NCBI GenBank assembly: GCA_041662745.1
Contig: JBAZRV010000001.1
Coordinates: 150,001 to 182,000 of the forward strand
Direction: 5' to 3'
DNA: 32,000 bases
Origin: Patescibacteria group bacterium
GTDB taxonomy: Bacteria; Patescibacteriota; Patescibacteriia; 2-01-FULL-39-33
Under the pieces are notes generated by a model. That model made no database searches. It was not told where the DNA came from and saw only the letters and a program-made list of their open reading frames with translations. A program made the position numbers and the translations under genes. Below are positions 1-9,620 of this stretch, piece after piece. The first letter of the stretch is position 1. Each line of letters opens with the position of its first letter.

Positions 1-1996
1 GAACCCATTGCAAGTCGTCATCATTCTTCAGTTTGATGGCAATTAATCCGGAACGACGGACATTTTTGAAATCCTCAATCTTAGATTTCTTGATTGTCCC
101 GCGGTTAGTCACCATGACCAAAAACTTGTCATTTTCCACCTCGGTAGAGGGCAGAATGGCCGAGACTTTTTCATTGGGCGATAGTTGCAGGAAATTAACC
201 AAGGCTTGGCCCTTGGCCGTACGCGAGGATTGCGGCACGTCATAACCCTTAAGCTGGAAGACGCGTCCGCGATTAGTAAAAAACATCAGGTCGGCGTGCG
301 TTGAGGTTAAGAAGAAATGTTCTACGGAGTCTTCTTCTTTAGTGGTTAATCCGATTACTCCCTTGCCCCCTCGTCCTTGGGTTTTAAAGGTATCGGGCGG
401 CAGGCGTTTGATATAGCCGTCATTGGTAACCATAACGATCATTTCTTCATCTGGAATCAAATCCTCGGTTTTGAAGCTATCTACGCCATGGACGATAATT
501 TGAGTGCGCCTCGGCTCGCCGAATTTTTCTTTTAATTCTAAAATTTCCGTCTTGATCAAACCCAATATTCGGGCCGGTGATTTCAATAGCGTTTCCAATT
601 CTTTAATTAACTTCATTTTTTCTTTCAATTCCGTTTCAATCTTAATTTTCTCTAAATTGGCCAATTGTTGCAGCTTCATTTCCAAAATAGCTACAGCTTG
701 CCGTTCGCTTAGTTTGAATTTTTTAATCAAATTCAACTTGGCATCGTCTTTATCCTTGGATTTTTTAATGGCAGTGATGATTTCATCAATGTGCGCCAAA
801 GCCATAACCAAGCCCTCTAAGATATGGGCGCGATCTTTGGCTTTGTCCAGTTCAAATTGGGTGCGGCGGGTGATGACTTCTTGGCGATGCTTGAGATATT
901 CTTCCAAAACCATTTTTAAGTTCAATACTTTTGGTTGAATGCCATCCACTAAAGCTAAAACGTTGAAATGAAAGGTATCCTGCAATTGCGTGAATTTGAA
1001 CAATTGATTAAGGATTTTTTGCGGATAGGCGTCTTTTTTAATTTCAATCACAACGCGTACGCCGTCTTTATTGGATTCATCGCGCAAATCTTTAATGCCT
1101 TCAATTTTCTTATCCTTGACCAGCTCGGCAATTTTTTCCAATAAAGTAGCTTTATTGGTTTGATAGTTAACTTCGGTGATGATGATGCGGTAGAGTCCGG
1201 TCTTGGTTTCTTCTATGTCTGTTTTGGCACGGCAAACTACGCCTCCCTTGCCGGTTAAGTAGGCCTGTTTAATATCATTAACATTGTAGATAATCCCGCC
1301 GGTGGGAAAATCCGGCCCCTTGATGAATTTAACCAAATCCTCAACTTCGCAGTCCGGATTATCAATTAAGTGCACTACGCCGTCAACAACCTCGCCCAAG
1401 TTATGCGGAGGAATGTTGGTTGCCATACCGACAGCTATTCCTTGAGTGCCGTTGATCAGCAGATTGGGTAACTTGGCGGGCAAGACGCGCGGCTCTTTAT
1501 GGGCGCCGTCATAATTGGGTATGAAGTTGACCGTATTTTTATCAATATCAAACAGCATTTCCTCGGCAATGGGAGAAAGCTTGGCTTCGGTGTAACGCAT
1601 GGCGGCAGCGCTGTCGCCATCCATGGAGCCGAAGTTCCCTTGGCCTTTGACTAAAGGATGGCGCAAGGAGAAATCTTGAGCCATGCGCACCATAGTCTCA
1701 TAAATGGCCGAGTCGCCGTGCGGATGGTATTTGGCCATGACTTCGCCGACCACGTTGGCGGATTTGCGGAACTTTGCATTAGCGCGCAATCCAATGTCCC
1801 ACATAGCATATAAGACGCGGCGATGCACCGGCTTTAAGCCGTCACGGACATCGGGCAAGGCGCGCGAAACAATAACCGACATGGCGTAATCCAAATAGCT
1901 TTGCTGAACCTCCTCGCTGATCAGGCGATCGGTGATGGCATTTGGATTGGCGTTAAAATCAAGGTATTGTTGGCTGCGATCTTCTTTTTTGGACAT
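1..1996 (-). CDS. gyrA: DNA gyrase subunit A (C-terminus runs off the left edge)
   Basis: Minus-strand reading from the ATG at 1996 gives [65 protein letters not shown]... and later QGRGGKGV (GyrA-box-like). Open to the window edge, so absent from the ORF track. Confidence 0.96.
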   Translation of the reverse strand, partial: MSKKEDRSQQYLDFNANPNAITDRLISEEVQQSYLDYAMSVIVSRALPDVRDGLKPVHRRVLYAMWDIGLRANAKFRKSANVVGEVMAKYHPHGDSAIYETMVRMAQDFSLRHPLVKGQGNFGSMDGDSAAAMRYTEAKLSPIAEEMLFDIDKNTVNFIPNYDGAHKEPRVLPAKLPNLLINGTQGIAVGMATNIPPHNLGEVVDGVVHLIDNPDCEVEDLVKFIKGPDFPTGGIIYNVNDIKQAYLTGKGGVVCRAKTDIEETKTGLYRIIITEVNYQTNKATLLEKIAELVKDKKIEGIKDLRDESNKDGVRVVIEIKKDAYPQKILNQLFKFTQLQDTFHFNVLALVDGIQPKVLNLKMVLEEYLKHRQEVITRRTQFELDKAKDRAHILEGLVMALAHIDEIITAIKKSKDKDDAKLNLIKKFKLSERQAVAILEMKLQQLANLEKIKIETELKEKMKLIKELETLLKSPARILGLIKTEILELKEKFGEPRRTQIIVHGVDSFKTEDLIPDEEMIVMVTNDGYIKRLPPDTFKTQGRGGKGVIGLTTKEEDSVEHFFLTSTHADLMFFTNRGRVFQLKGYDVPQSSRTAKGQALVNFLQLSPNEKVSAILPSTEVENDKFLVMVTNRGTIKKSKIEDFKNVRRSGLIAIKLKNDDDLQWV

Positions 1997-2022
1997 AAAC
2001 TAAAATTAATGACTGACAAAAT

Positions 2023-2835
2023 TTAAATTAATTCAATACTGCTTATGATTAAATTCACTATTTGATTGGAAACAGCATCTTCTCCCCGTCCAAGCACTTG
2101 GATTTCGTAAACTTTATCCGCTGTTTTTAGGTAAACGCGCCGATCGATTTCTCCCGTTACCGGAGTCGTGCGGGTATAGTATAAGACAGCGGTGCTGGTA
2201 GAATTAAGCGAGGTTTCATCAAGCGAATAATCTTTCAAATCAATTTTATTTCGGGAGAACCAAGAGAAAAGCGATTGTTTGCGATTGTCCGATTGCGCCG
2301 TAACAGTTATCAGCGTAAAAGATTCCGGAATAGTGCCAGTTAAATCGTAATCGGTTAAACGCAGAGTATTCTGGCTTTCATCCATTTGCCAATTCGGCGG
2401 TAAACGGAAAGTTAGGCCAAGAACAGCAGAGGTTCTTTCGGGCCATAATTCCGGTTCATTTTGCTTTATTTCTTTAATTACATTTTCTTTGATTGCCGCC
2501 AAGTCTTCCGGCGATATTAGGGGGGTGGTTGAAGCAATATTGCCGGATAAATCAAATTTTCCCAAAGCTGAATCAATTTCTTTTTTTATTTGTTCTAAGT
2601 TGAGATTTTTCGTTTCATTGGCGATGTTGCCGGATAAAGATAAGAACCAACAAACTATAACTACCGCCATTAGGGCGGTGATAATCAGCCAGATCAATAC
2701 GGCTTTTTTTTCCAAAGGCGGAGTATTGATATTGATATAACGCGGCTCCGTCGGTTTAGTTGTCGGTTTTGAGGTGCGTTTTTTACTGCCTCCCGATTGT
2801 TTCCGCCGCGGAGCGGAAGATTTTGTTTGACGCAT
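2023..2835 (-). CDS. hypothetical protein with basic N-terminus and one transmembrane helix
   Basis: 270-aa ORF; hydrophobic segment AVLIWLIITALMAVVIVCWFLSL. Confidence 0.75.
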   Translation of the reverse strand: MRQTKSSAPRRKQSGGSKKRTSKPTTKPTEPRYININTPPLEKKAVLIWLIITALMAVVIVCWFLSLSGNIANETKNLNLEQIKKEIDSALGKFDLSGNIASTTPLISPEDLAAIKENVIKEIKQNEPELWPERTSAVLGLTFRLPPNWQMDESQNTLRLTDYDLTGTIPESFTLITVTAQSDNRKQSLFSWFSRNKIDLKDYSLDETSLNSTSTAVLYYTRTTPVTGEIDRRVYLKTADKVYEIQVLGRGEDAVSNQIVNLIISSIELI

Positions 2836-2859
2836 GGGAAAAAGTTCAAATGGTTTTAA

Positions 2860-3498
2860 TTAGACCGTTAAGATGATTACTCTGGTATCTTCAGCAATCA
2901 AATCCTTTTTAGTAACCCGCAATTTTTCTTGAGTTTCTGATTTTAAACCGCAGTGCTTGAGATAATTTCCGGCATCGGCCAGCGCGGTTTTTTGTCCGTT
3001 GATTTTATAATGTATCGGAATAATTACTCTTGGCTCTAATTGCGAGGCGACTTCAATCGCTTTTTTGTCGTCTAAAACATCGTTGCCGCCCACCGGCAGA
3101 AATAAAATATCAATATTGCCCAGTTGGTCAATTTGCTCATCGGTTAAGGTTTTATCTAATCTGCCCAGATGGGCGATGGATATTTCTTCGGCGATAATTT
3201 TATAGATCGTGTTCTGAGTCTTTTCCTTGCCTGAAGAATTTAGGCCGGCCAGGCCGTAAATAAAGATGCCCTTAGTCTCATATTCGCCAGGGTGGACAAT
3301 GGCAAACGGTTCGCCGCGGATCGCCCCAAAGTTGGCATGTTCTTCGTGATTGCTGGATGCCGTAACGATGTCGGCTTGAAAGCGCGGCATTTTAAATGAT
3401 CCATCATCGGCGAATGGATCCAGAGCGATCACCAAGTCTTCGCCCTGGCCTTTGGTTTGGATTTTCACGGCCGATAAGCCTAACCATTGAATTATCAT
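2860..3498 (-). CDS. metallo-beta-lactamase-fold hydrolase-like protein
   Basis: 212-aa ORF; SSNHEEHANF, HPGEYETKGIFIYG and VIIPIHYK resemble the MBL-fold (UPF0173/UlaG-like) pattern. Confidence 0.75.
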   Translation of the reverse strand: MIIQWLGLSAVKIQTKGQGEDLVIALDPFADDGSFKMPRFQADIVTASSNHEEHANFGAIRGEPFAIVHPGEYETKGIFIYGLAGLNSSGKEKTQNTIYKIIAEEISIAHLGRLDKTLTDEQIDQLGNIDILFLPVGGNDVLDDKKAIEVASQLEPRVIIPIHYKINGQKTALADAGNYLKHCGLKSETQEKLRVTKKDLIAEDTRVIILTV

Positions 3499-3668
3499 AA
3501 TTTTTACTGTAAAATTGATTTGAGGTGTATCATCTCGTTAATAAATCTGTCTTAATTATACAGAATTTTGCTTCGTCAATCAAGTGATCCGGCCGTTCTA
3601 ATTTTATTGTTTAATCGGCGGAGAAGATGTTTAAGTTGTTTGTTTTTGTCTGGCCTTATTAAAATTAC

Positions 3669-3740
3669 GCCCTCGTAGTTCAATGGATAGAACAAGGGAC
3701 TCCTAAGCCCTAGATCCGGGTTCGATTCCCGGCGGGAGCA
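3669..3740 (+). tRNA. tRNA-Arg (anticodon CCU)
   Basis: D arm gttc/gaac, anticodon loop CTCCTAA, T arm ccggg-ttcgatt-cccgg. Acceptor stem has one C-A mismatch and one wobble. No encoded CCA. Confidence 0.85.
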
Positions 3741-3835
3741 AAAGTGCATCAAAAGTCTTCAAAAGGGTTACAGATCTTAACGAAGAAAAATTTTTAAAAT
3801 TACAATTGAAAAGTTGTAATTTTTTATTTATTTAA

Positions 3836-3855
3836 TGTCTAGACATGTCTAGACA
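3836..3855. repeat. 20-nt double palindrome TGTCTAGACATGTCTAGACA, copy 1
   Basis: Tandem TGTCTAGACA x2, read directly. Confidence 0.95.
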
Positions 3856-3913
3856 ATGAAGAAATTATTTGTTTAATTTTAGCAAAATTAGTTTTTATAA
3901 AAATAAAAGTAAT

Positions 3914-3933
3914 GTCCGGACATGTCTAGACAT
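3914..3933. repeat. 20-nt double palindrome TGTCCGGACATGTCTAGACA, copy 2 (variant)
   Basis: First unit keeps palindromy (TGTCCGGACA). Flanks AAAATAAAAGTAATGTC / GACATTACTTTATTTT extend it into a longer near-perfect inverted repeat. Confidence 0.95.
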
Positions 3934-4070
3934 TACTTTTATTTTATTGCAGTTATTATTATTAAGTTTATAAATTTTTAATAATATAATTTTTTTGTTT
4001 AAATTTAGATAAAAACAGTATTAACAGTCTTGTGGAAATCTGTGGATAACCTGTTGCTATGTGGGATAAA

Positions 4071-4090
4071 TGTCTAGACATGTCTAGACA
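4071..4090. repeat. 20-nt double palindrome TGTCTAGACATGTCTAGACA, copy 3
   Basis: Identical to copy 1. Confidence 0.95.
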
Positions 4091-4215
4091 TTGCGGTTAA
4101 AGTTGATAATTATTTAGCTAAATTTAACCAATTTAGCTAAATTTAGCTAAATAATTTTATATAGTTTTGATTATTTTTAATGTTTTAACGTGAAAAAATA
4201 TTATTTAAATCGGTA

Positions 4216-4244
4216 TTGAAAAACGACTTTAAATATGCTATGAT
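4216..4244 (+). promoter_or_regulatory. sigma70-type promoter for the lipoprotein-like gene
   Basis: TTGAAA (4216-4221), 17-nt spacer, TATGAT (4239-4244). Confidence 0.6.
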
Positions 4245-4347
4245 CAATTATCGGTAGCGCTGAAAGTATTAATTTGGATCAGAGTGGCACATTAACAGTT
4301 TAAACCTGGTGTCTGATTGGATGACCGAAACCAAAAGGAGTAAAGTG

Positions 4348-4887
4348 ATGAGTAAAGATAGTTTTTTGTTTCTTTTGGCTATTCTCCTCTCTTCTTTGTT
4401 GTTTGTTGGTTGTGTTACCAGAAATAATAGTACTATTAAGGCTGATAATAGCGTTACCAATACCAAAGTTTATTTTTATGTGGAGTCTGTTAAGCCAAGA
4501 GAAGCAATGCCAGATTTCTTGGAAGTGCATGTTACCAGGCTAAACAGGTTGGATGCCATAAAGAGGGCTGAGATTCACGAAAGGATAATGGATCATCTCT
4601 CGGTGATGTCCGAAAAACGAAGAAGTATAAGCCCTGGCGATTATAGTGAATTGTTAAGGTGGAAAAAAGAGTTTAATCACAGAAAAAGAGTGATGACCAG
4701 ACTTTATAAGAAGTTTTTTGCCATTACCGGTCCGGACGAAGTCATATATTTGTCTTCAAGTGAGGCATTATCGCTTTGTTCCGGAATGGTATTGAGGGGC
4801 GATTTCGTTAAGGAAGAGATCATAGATGATAGCGGAATAATCACGGTCAGCAGACATAACTTTTATCGCTGGACCATTATTTATTAG
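4348..4887 (+). CDS. putative lipoprotein of unknown function
   Basis: Start ATG 4348 preceded by AAAAGGAG; N-terminus MSKDSFLFLLAILLSSLLFVGCVTRNN has a lipobox-like FVGC. The track start at 4309 is an upstream alternative. Confidence 0.8.
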   Translation: MSKDSFLFLLAILLSSLLFVGCVTRNNSTIKADNSVTNTKVYFYVESVKPREAMPDFLEVHVTRLNRLDAIKRAEIHERIMDHLSVMSEKRRSISPGDYSELLRWKKEFNHRKRVMTRLYKKFFAITGPDEVIYLSSSEALSLCSGMVLRGDFVKEEIIDDSGIITVSRHNFYRWTIIY

Positions 4888-4909
4888 CTAATTCGTACCT
4901 TTATGCAAT

Positions 4910-4930
4910 CCCGGATTTAATCCGGGTTTT
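4910..4930 (+). terminator. Rho-independent terminator
   Basis: CCCGGATTTAATCCGGGTTTT just after the 4887 stop. Confidence 0.75.
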
Positions 4931-4942
4931 ATGTTTATAAAT

Positions 4943-4975
4943 AATAAACCCCCGAACATTATGTTTCGGGGGGGT
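4943..4975 (-). terminator. Rho-independent terminator for the 4984-5280 gene
   Basis: CCCCCGAAC/GTTTCGGGGG hairpin followed on the minus strand by TTTATTATT. Confidence 0.7.
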
Positions 4976-4983
4976 GCGACATA

Positions 4984-5280
4984 CTACTCCGGCATGCTCC
5001 AGGCCATATCATCAGGATCATATTTGGCCAGGACCTTGCCGTATTTTTTTTCCAGCATTCTTTGTCTTGATCTTAAATAGTTGGTCCAATTTATAAAACC
5101 CCTGGGATGAACATCTAATTTGACAAAAAATACTTTCTTCATTCCATCTGCCCGTAGCTGTACTTCGGTAATTTTCGCCATCCCTCCAGTACACTCGGGG
5201 CTGGGATCAACATAAATAAACTGCCCTACTCTGGGGATTGCCGGGGTCATCTTTTTCTTCGGCGAAACCTTCTTTTTCAC
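4984..5280 (-). CDS. hypothetical protein
   Basis: 98-aa ORF with a well-placed terminator and basic N-terminus. Confidence 0.65.
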   Translation of the reverse strand: MKKKVSPKKKMTPAIPRVGQFIYVDPSPECTGGMAKITEVQLRADGMKKVFFVKLDVHPRGFINWTNYLRSRQRMLEKKYGKVLAKYDPDDMAWSMPE

Positions 5281-5430
5281 GATAATTCTCCTTGCCTGTT
5301 TTAGGCGGTTGATCTGTGTAAGTTAATCCATGCCAACTTGACTTATAATCATATCATTGTAATTTCAATTTGTCAACACAATTTGTCAATAGCCAATTTT
5401 ATTTTGAATAAATTAAATATTTTTAAAGTA

Positions 5431-5462
5431 TAATAAATTGGCTAAATTTAGCCAATTTATTA
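5431..5462. repeat. 32-nt perfect palindrome
   Basis: TAATAAATTGGCTAAA/TTTAGCCAATTTATTA with no loop. Confidence 0.9.
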
Positions 5463-5525
5463 GAGTAAAATTAAATCATCATAACTATTTAATTCAATCA
5501 TCAATAACCAATTTTTCCAATCAAA

Positions 5526-5552
5526 AACACCCGCCCTAAGGCGAGTGTTTTC
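5526..5552. terminator. bidirectional terminator-like hairpin
   Basis: AACACCCGCCCTAAGGCGAGTGTTTT flanked by A-rich and T-rich ends. Confidence 0.55.
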
Positions 5553-5562
5553 TAAATTGCTT

Positions 5563-5636
5563 TGGTGGACCTACAGGGAGTCGAACCCTGACCTGTTCCA
5601 TGCCATGGAACCGTTCTACCGCTATACTATAGGCCC
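5563..5636 (-). tRNA. tRNA-Ala (anticodon GGC)
   Basis: Minus strand GGGCCTATAGTATAGCGGTAGAACGGTTCCATGGCATGGAACAGGTCAGGGTTCGACTCCCTGTAGGTCCACCA; encoded CCA, anticodon GGC, and the G3-U70 alanine identity pair. Confidence 0.93.
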
Positions 5637-5979
5637 TTATATGTTAATTTTTTGAGTGTTGTTTACGCTTTTTACCGATCCAATGTTGTTGTCATTACTC
5701 CGCTCGTCTTGAGGCTCGGTCGGAATGACAACGAGGAGTAAAAACTGCAGACAATACTCAGAATCATTACGCCTTATTTTGTAAATTATGGCTAATGCAG
5801 TGATCAAAACGATGTAATATATTATAAATCATTTTTTAGAAAGTTTCAAGCGGTAAAAGCGTTAATAATAATTATAAACAAAATGTAAATAATTTTGTTT
5901 ATAATTAGCCAAATTTAAAACCCCGAAAATTACGGGGTTGGTAAAGAACTATGCCTTAAATGTCAAACAGGAAAGTCAA

Positions 5980-6681
5980 TTAGCTAAAATCAGTCAACCT
6001 CGGCCAGTCAAAATCAAAAACCTCATCAGCAAAACCGAATTCCACGGCGTCTTCCGGCATTAAGAAAAAGTCTCCTTTTTCATCCATTTTTCTTTTCAGA
6101 AAACGGCGGATGCGATCCTCGCTCCATTTTAGGAATTTTTTCCCCTTTTTAGCCTTTTCAACATAGATATCCAACATTCTGCTGGTGCCGATTTTATCAA
6201 ATTCCACATTACTGGTGACTGTTTTAACTTCGCCACCGACATATAGTTGTCCATAATGGATCATAAAATAAGAGTCAGGCATCAGAACGCGCTTCTCAGC
6301 CGCCTGTATAATGATTGAAGACATGCTTCTGGCGTGGGTATAAGAAAGGATGGTTATGGGGAAAGGCATGGAACGTAAGACATTGTAGATAGCCATGCCT
6401 TCATGATAGTCTCCGCCGCAAGTATGCAGATGCACCAGGACTGGAGCAGTTTCAGAACGCAATCTTAGAAGATGTAGGTTTCTGATTACCCGGTTGGACA
6501 TCATATATTCAACACCCGGCTCTACGCCCGCATCTTCAGCTGTTAATAAATCAATATTGGTTCCACTGATCCAAAGCTGGCGATTTTGCAAATCAACTCC
6601 GAAATTATGCAGAGCGTCAAGGGCAAAAGCGTCGCCCATAGCGATACCGAATCTCTTGCGTCGTTGCACCGTATCATTCAT
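5980..6681 (-). CDS. divergent ClpP-like (ClpP/crotonase fold) serine peptidase
   Basis: HTCGGDYHEGMAIYNVLRSM, ARSMSSIIIQAAEKRVLMPDSYFMIHYG matches the ClpP SPGG / xSMx / MIH layout. Confidence 0.75.
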   Translation of the reverse strand: MNDTVQRRKRFGIAMGDAFALDALHNFGVDLQNRQLWISGTNIDLLTAEDAGVEPGVEYMMSNRVIRNLHLLRLRSETAPVLVHLHTCGGDYHEGMAIYNVLRSMPFPITILSYTHARSMSSIIIQAAEKRVLMPDSYFMIHYGQLYVGGEVKTVTSNVEFDKIGTSRMLDIYVEKAKKGKKFLKWSEDRIRRFLKRKMDEKGDFFLMPEDAVEFGFADEVFDFDWPRLTDFS

Positions 6682-6775
6682 AATTTTTCTCCCTTCCCTT
6701 GTTGTTGCGCAGTGTTTGTTATTGTAAAGTACCGATTATGATCTTACCTGCTTCATATTCTAAAGTCAATAAAGA

Positions 6776-8191
6776 TTACAAAATCTCATTGTCATGACTG
6801 CCCGATTCTACTCGACTGGCCTCAGTGATGCGAATGAATTGGCAATCGCGCAAATCATCAATTTTTTTGGCATTGCCATAGCTCATGCCGGAGCGCAGAC
6901 CTCCCACATATTGATCAATGATGTTGGTTACCGAACCGCGATAGGGGACGCGCGCCTCAATGCCTTCAGGCGTGATTTGTTGGATTGATTCCTTGGCGTT
7001 GGGTCGGGATAGCGCCGCGGTCAGAGAGGCCATGCCGCGAGAGATTTTGTATTGCCGGCCCTGGTAAGTGATAACCGGTCCGGGCGCTTCGGCGGTGCCG
7101 GCGAATTGGCCGCCGATCATAACCGTGTCGGCGCCGGCAGCCAAGGCCTTGACCACATCGGCCGGCTGCTTGATGCCGCCATCGGCGATCAGCGGCACCT
7201 GGTGGCGCTGGCAAACCGAAGCGATATTAAAAATCGCTGATAATTGCGGTACGCCGAAACCGGTAGTGATGCGGGTGGTGCAGATGGAACCCGGACCGAT
7301 ACCGACTTTGACTGCATCCACGCCGGCATTAATCAAATCCAGCGCGCCTTGCGCCGTGGCGATATTGCCGCCGATCAACTCTACTTGCGGGAATTTTTCT
7401 TTTATTTTATAAATCGCGTTGAGCTCGTTAAGCGAATGGCCGTGGGCAATATCAATTACAATCACATCGGCTTCAGCCGCTATTAGCGCTTGAGCGCGTT
7501 CCATAAAGTCATCGCCGGCGCCTACGGCGGCTCCCACCAGCAATCGGCCCTTGGCATCCTTAGCGGTCTCATTGTTGCCGTAAATCAGAATATCTTTTTG
7601 CGTAATCAGTCCCTTAACCTTAAAGTCTGCATCCACCAGGGGCAGTTTTTCCACTTTATTCAGGCGGAAGACCTGGCGCGCCTGCTCCGGCGTGATGTCC
7701 GGACTGGCGACAATCAGCTTGGTTTTCGGCGTCATCATTGATTCAATCAATATACTGTCGTCGGTAATGAAATCAGTGTCGCGCCGGCTGACAATGCCGA
7801 CCAGATTGTTTTCTTTGTCCGTCACTAAGAACCCGTTGCAGTTCAATTCGGCGATTTTGTTCTTTAGTTCGCCCAAGGTCGCCCAAGGAGAAATGGTGAA
7901 AGGATGGTCAATAACTATATGCTGTTTTCGTTTAACTTTGATTACTTCCCTAACTTGAGTTTCTTGATCTAAAAAACGATGGATAACGCCGATACCGCCT
8001 TTAAGCGCCATAGCTATGGCCATTTGGCTTTCCGTAACCGTATCCATATTAGCCGAAATCAGCGGAATCCTGAGTGAGATGTTCCGCGTCAGCCGAGTGG
8101 AGGTATCCACGTCACGGCGAGAAACGATCTCCGACTTCTTGGGCAGAAGCAGGACATCGTCATAAGTTAAGGCTAGGGGTATGTTTAACAT
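6776..8191 (-). CDS. guaB: IMP dehydrogenase with CBS domains
   Basis: 471 aa; [74 protein letters not shown]. Confidence 0.97.
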   Translation of the reverse strand: MLNIPLALTYDDVLLLPKKSEIVSRRDVDTSTRLTRNISLRIPLISANMDTVTESQMAIAMALKGGIGVIHRFLDQETQVREVIKVKRKQHIVIDHPFTISPWATLGELKNKIAELNCNGFLVTDKENNLVGIVSRRDTDFITDDSILIESMMTPKTKLIVASPDITPEQARQVFRLNKVEKLPLVDADFKVKGLITQKDILIYGNNETAKDAKGRLLVGAAVGAGDDFMERAQALIAAEADVIVIDIAHGHSLNELNAIYKIKEKFPQVELIGGNIATAQGALDLINAGVDAVKVGIGPGSICTTRITTGFGVPQLSAIFNIASVCQRHQVPLIADGGIKQPADVVKALAAGADTVMIGGQFAGTAEAPGPVITYQGRQYKISRGMASLTAALSRPNAKESIQQITPEGIEARVPYRGSVTNIIDQYVGGLRSGMSYGNAKKIDDLRDCQFIRITEASRVESGSHDNEIL

Positions 8192-8351
8192 AGGTTTTAA
8201 CCTTAGATATCTTACATAGTTTTTCTACTATTGACAACTTAATCTGTTGGGGATAATATGTGATTATAAAATCATGTCTGGAGGGTGATTTAAGGCACAT
8301 TAAAATTATTAGCAAAATCTAAGGATAGAACCAAAGAGAAGGAGGAAGTCC

Positions 8352-9491
8352 ATGAAAAAATGCAAGCAACACCCGACGTATAAAGGTATTCGCGTACCGC
8401 GTAGCGACTGTCCCGACTGTTTGGCTGTTTTTAAAGAAAATAATCCAGGCATTGGTGAAGACGTGGATTTGGATTTGATTGAACAGGGACACAAAGAAAA
8501 AATCAAAGGCGTGGAAAGAAAATACCGTGAATTGATCGGACGCTATAATGAGTTACAACAATTTGTTGAAACAATCAAAGTGTTGCAGCAGGATCCGCAA
8601 ATAACTGAAATCCTGCCCAAAAAGGGATCAAATACTTCCGAAGCCACCGCCGTCTTTGTTTACAGCGACTGGCATGCGGAAGAAAAAGTTGATCCGGAAA
8701 CCGTTAACGGACTTAATTCCTTTGATCTGGATATATTTAAGCGTCGAGCCACGTATTGTTTTCAGAATTCTTTGCGTTTATTGGAAATGAATCAGCACGA
8801 AGTGGTTATTAATACCGTGATCCTGGCATTGTTGGGTGATTTTATTTCTAATTATCTTCACGAAGAGTTGCAGGAGATTAATACTTTACCGCCGACCAAA
8901 GCTCTATTTTTGGTGGAAAATCAATTGATTTCAGGGATTGATATGTTTTTAAAACATACCGATTGCAATTTGGTTATTCCCTGCTGCTGCGGTAATCATG
9001 GGCGATTTACCAAAAAGAAACGCCATGCCAATCAGGTCGGAACTTCTTTGGAATGGGTGCTTTATACCATGTTGGCCAGGCATTATCAAGATATAAATGA
9101 GAAACGCGTCAAGTTTATTATCCCCGATAGTTACTTGGCTTATATCCAGGTTTACGATCAGATGCTACGATTCCACCACGGTGACGGCATCAAATACCAG
9201 GGCGGAGTCGGCGGAATCACTATCCCGCTCAACAAAGCCATTGCCCAATGGAACAAGGCCAAACACGCTGATCTGGATGTCATCGGACATTGGCACCAGT
9301 TACGAGACGGCGGTTGTTATGTTTGTAATGGATCGTTAATCGGTTATAACGCTTACGCTTTATCCATTAAAGCTGATTTTGAAACTCCTAAGCAAGCTTT
9401 TTTCTTAATGGATAGAGATCGCAAGAAAACTATTAATGGACCAGTATTTTTGGAAAGGGTTCAACGTAAACCGACCGTTAAAAGCCGATAA
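8352..9491 (+). CDS. calcineurin-like metallophosphoesterase with N-terminal zinc-ribbon-like segment
   Basis: VYSDWHAEE, LLGDFIS, CCGNHGR, VIGHWHQ metallophosphoesterase motifs; N-terminal CKQHPTYKGIRVPRSDCPDC. Confidence 0.82.
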   Translation: MKKCKQHPTYKGIRVPRSDCPDCLAVFKENNPGIGEDVDLDLIEQGHKEKIKGVERKYRELIGRYNELQQFVETIKVLQQDPQITEILPKKGSNTSEATAVFVYSDWHAEEKVDPETVNGLNSFDLDIFKRRATYCFQNSLRLLEMNQHEVVINTVILALLGDFISNYLHEELQEINTLPPTKALFLVENQLISGIDMFLKHTDCNLVIPCCCGNHGRFTKKKRHANQVGTSLEWVLYTMLARHYQDINEKRVKFIIPDSYLAYIQVYDQMLRFHHGDGIKYQGGVGGITIPLNKAIAQWNKAKHADLDVIGHWHQLRDGGCYVCNGSLIGYNAYALSIKADFETPKQAFFLMDRDRKKTINGPVFLERVQRKPTVKSR

Positions 9492-9505
9492 TCAGTTCTT
9501 TCAAT

Positions 9506-9536
9506 CCCGCCCCGACTTGCGTCAGGGCGGTTTTTT
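9506..9536 (+). terminator. Rho-independent terminator
   Basis: CCGCCCCGACTTGCGTCAGGGCGGTTTTTTT. Confidence 0.85.
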
Positions 9537-9620
9537 TGACTTTTAATGTTATCTTGGCTAAGATGTGGCTAATTGAACCTTGACAATTATGCGGTTTTAC
9601 CAAGGAAAGGAGAAGTAGCC

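Larger units (their letters stand above)
3741..4200. promoter_or_regulatory. AT-rich non-coding region with a DnaA box and palindromic repeats; candidate replication origin or regulatory hub
   Basis: Perfect DnaA box complement TGTGGATAA at 4041-4049 with near-match TGTGGAAAT at 4031-4039; three 20-nt double palindromes; three ATTTAGCTAAAT palindromes. Confidence 0.45.

Noticed and set aside
504-938. 144-aa plus-strand ORF
   Set aside because: Antisense to clearly conserved gyrA.
3836-4090. CRISPR array
   Set aside because: Only three copies, uneven spacing, and each repeat is itself a perfect or near-perfect palindrome pair. No cas genes in the window.
6794-7958. Several 62-114 aa plus-strand ORFs and one 82-aa alternate-frame minus ORF
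   Set aside because: All lie within guaB, whose frame gives a full-length conserved protein.
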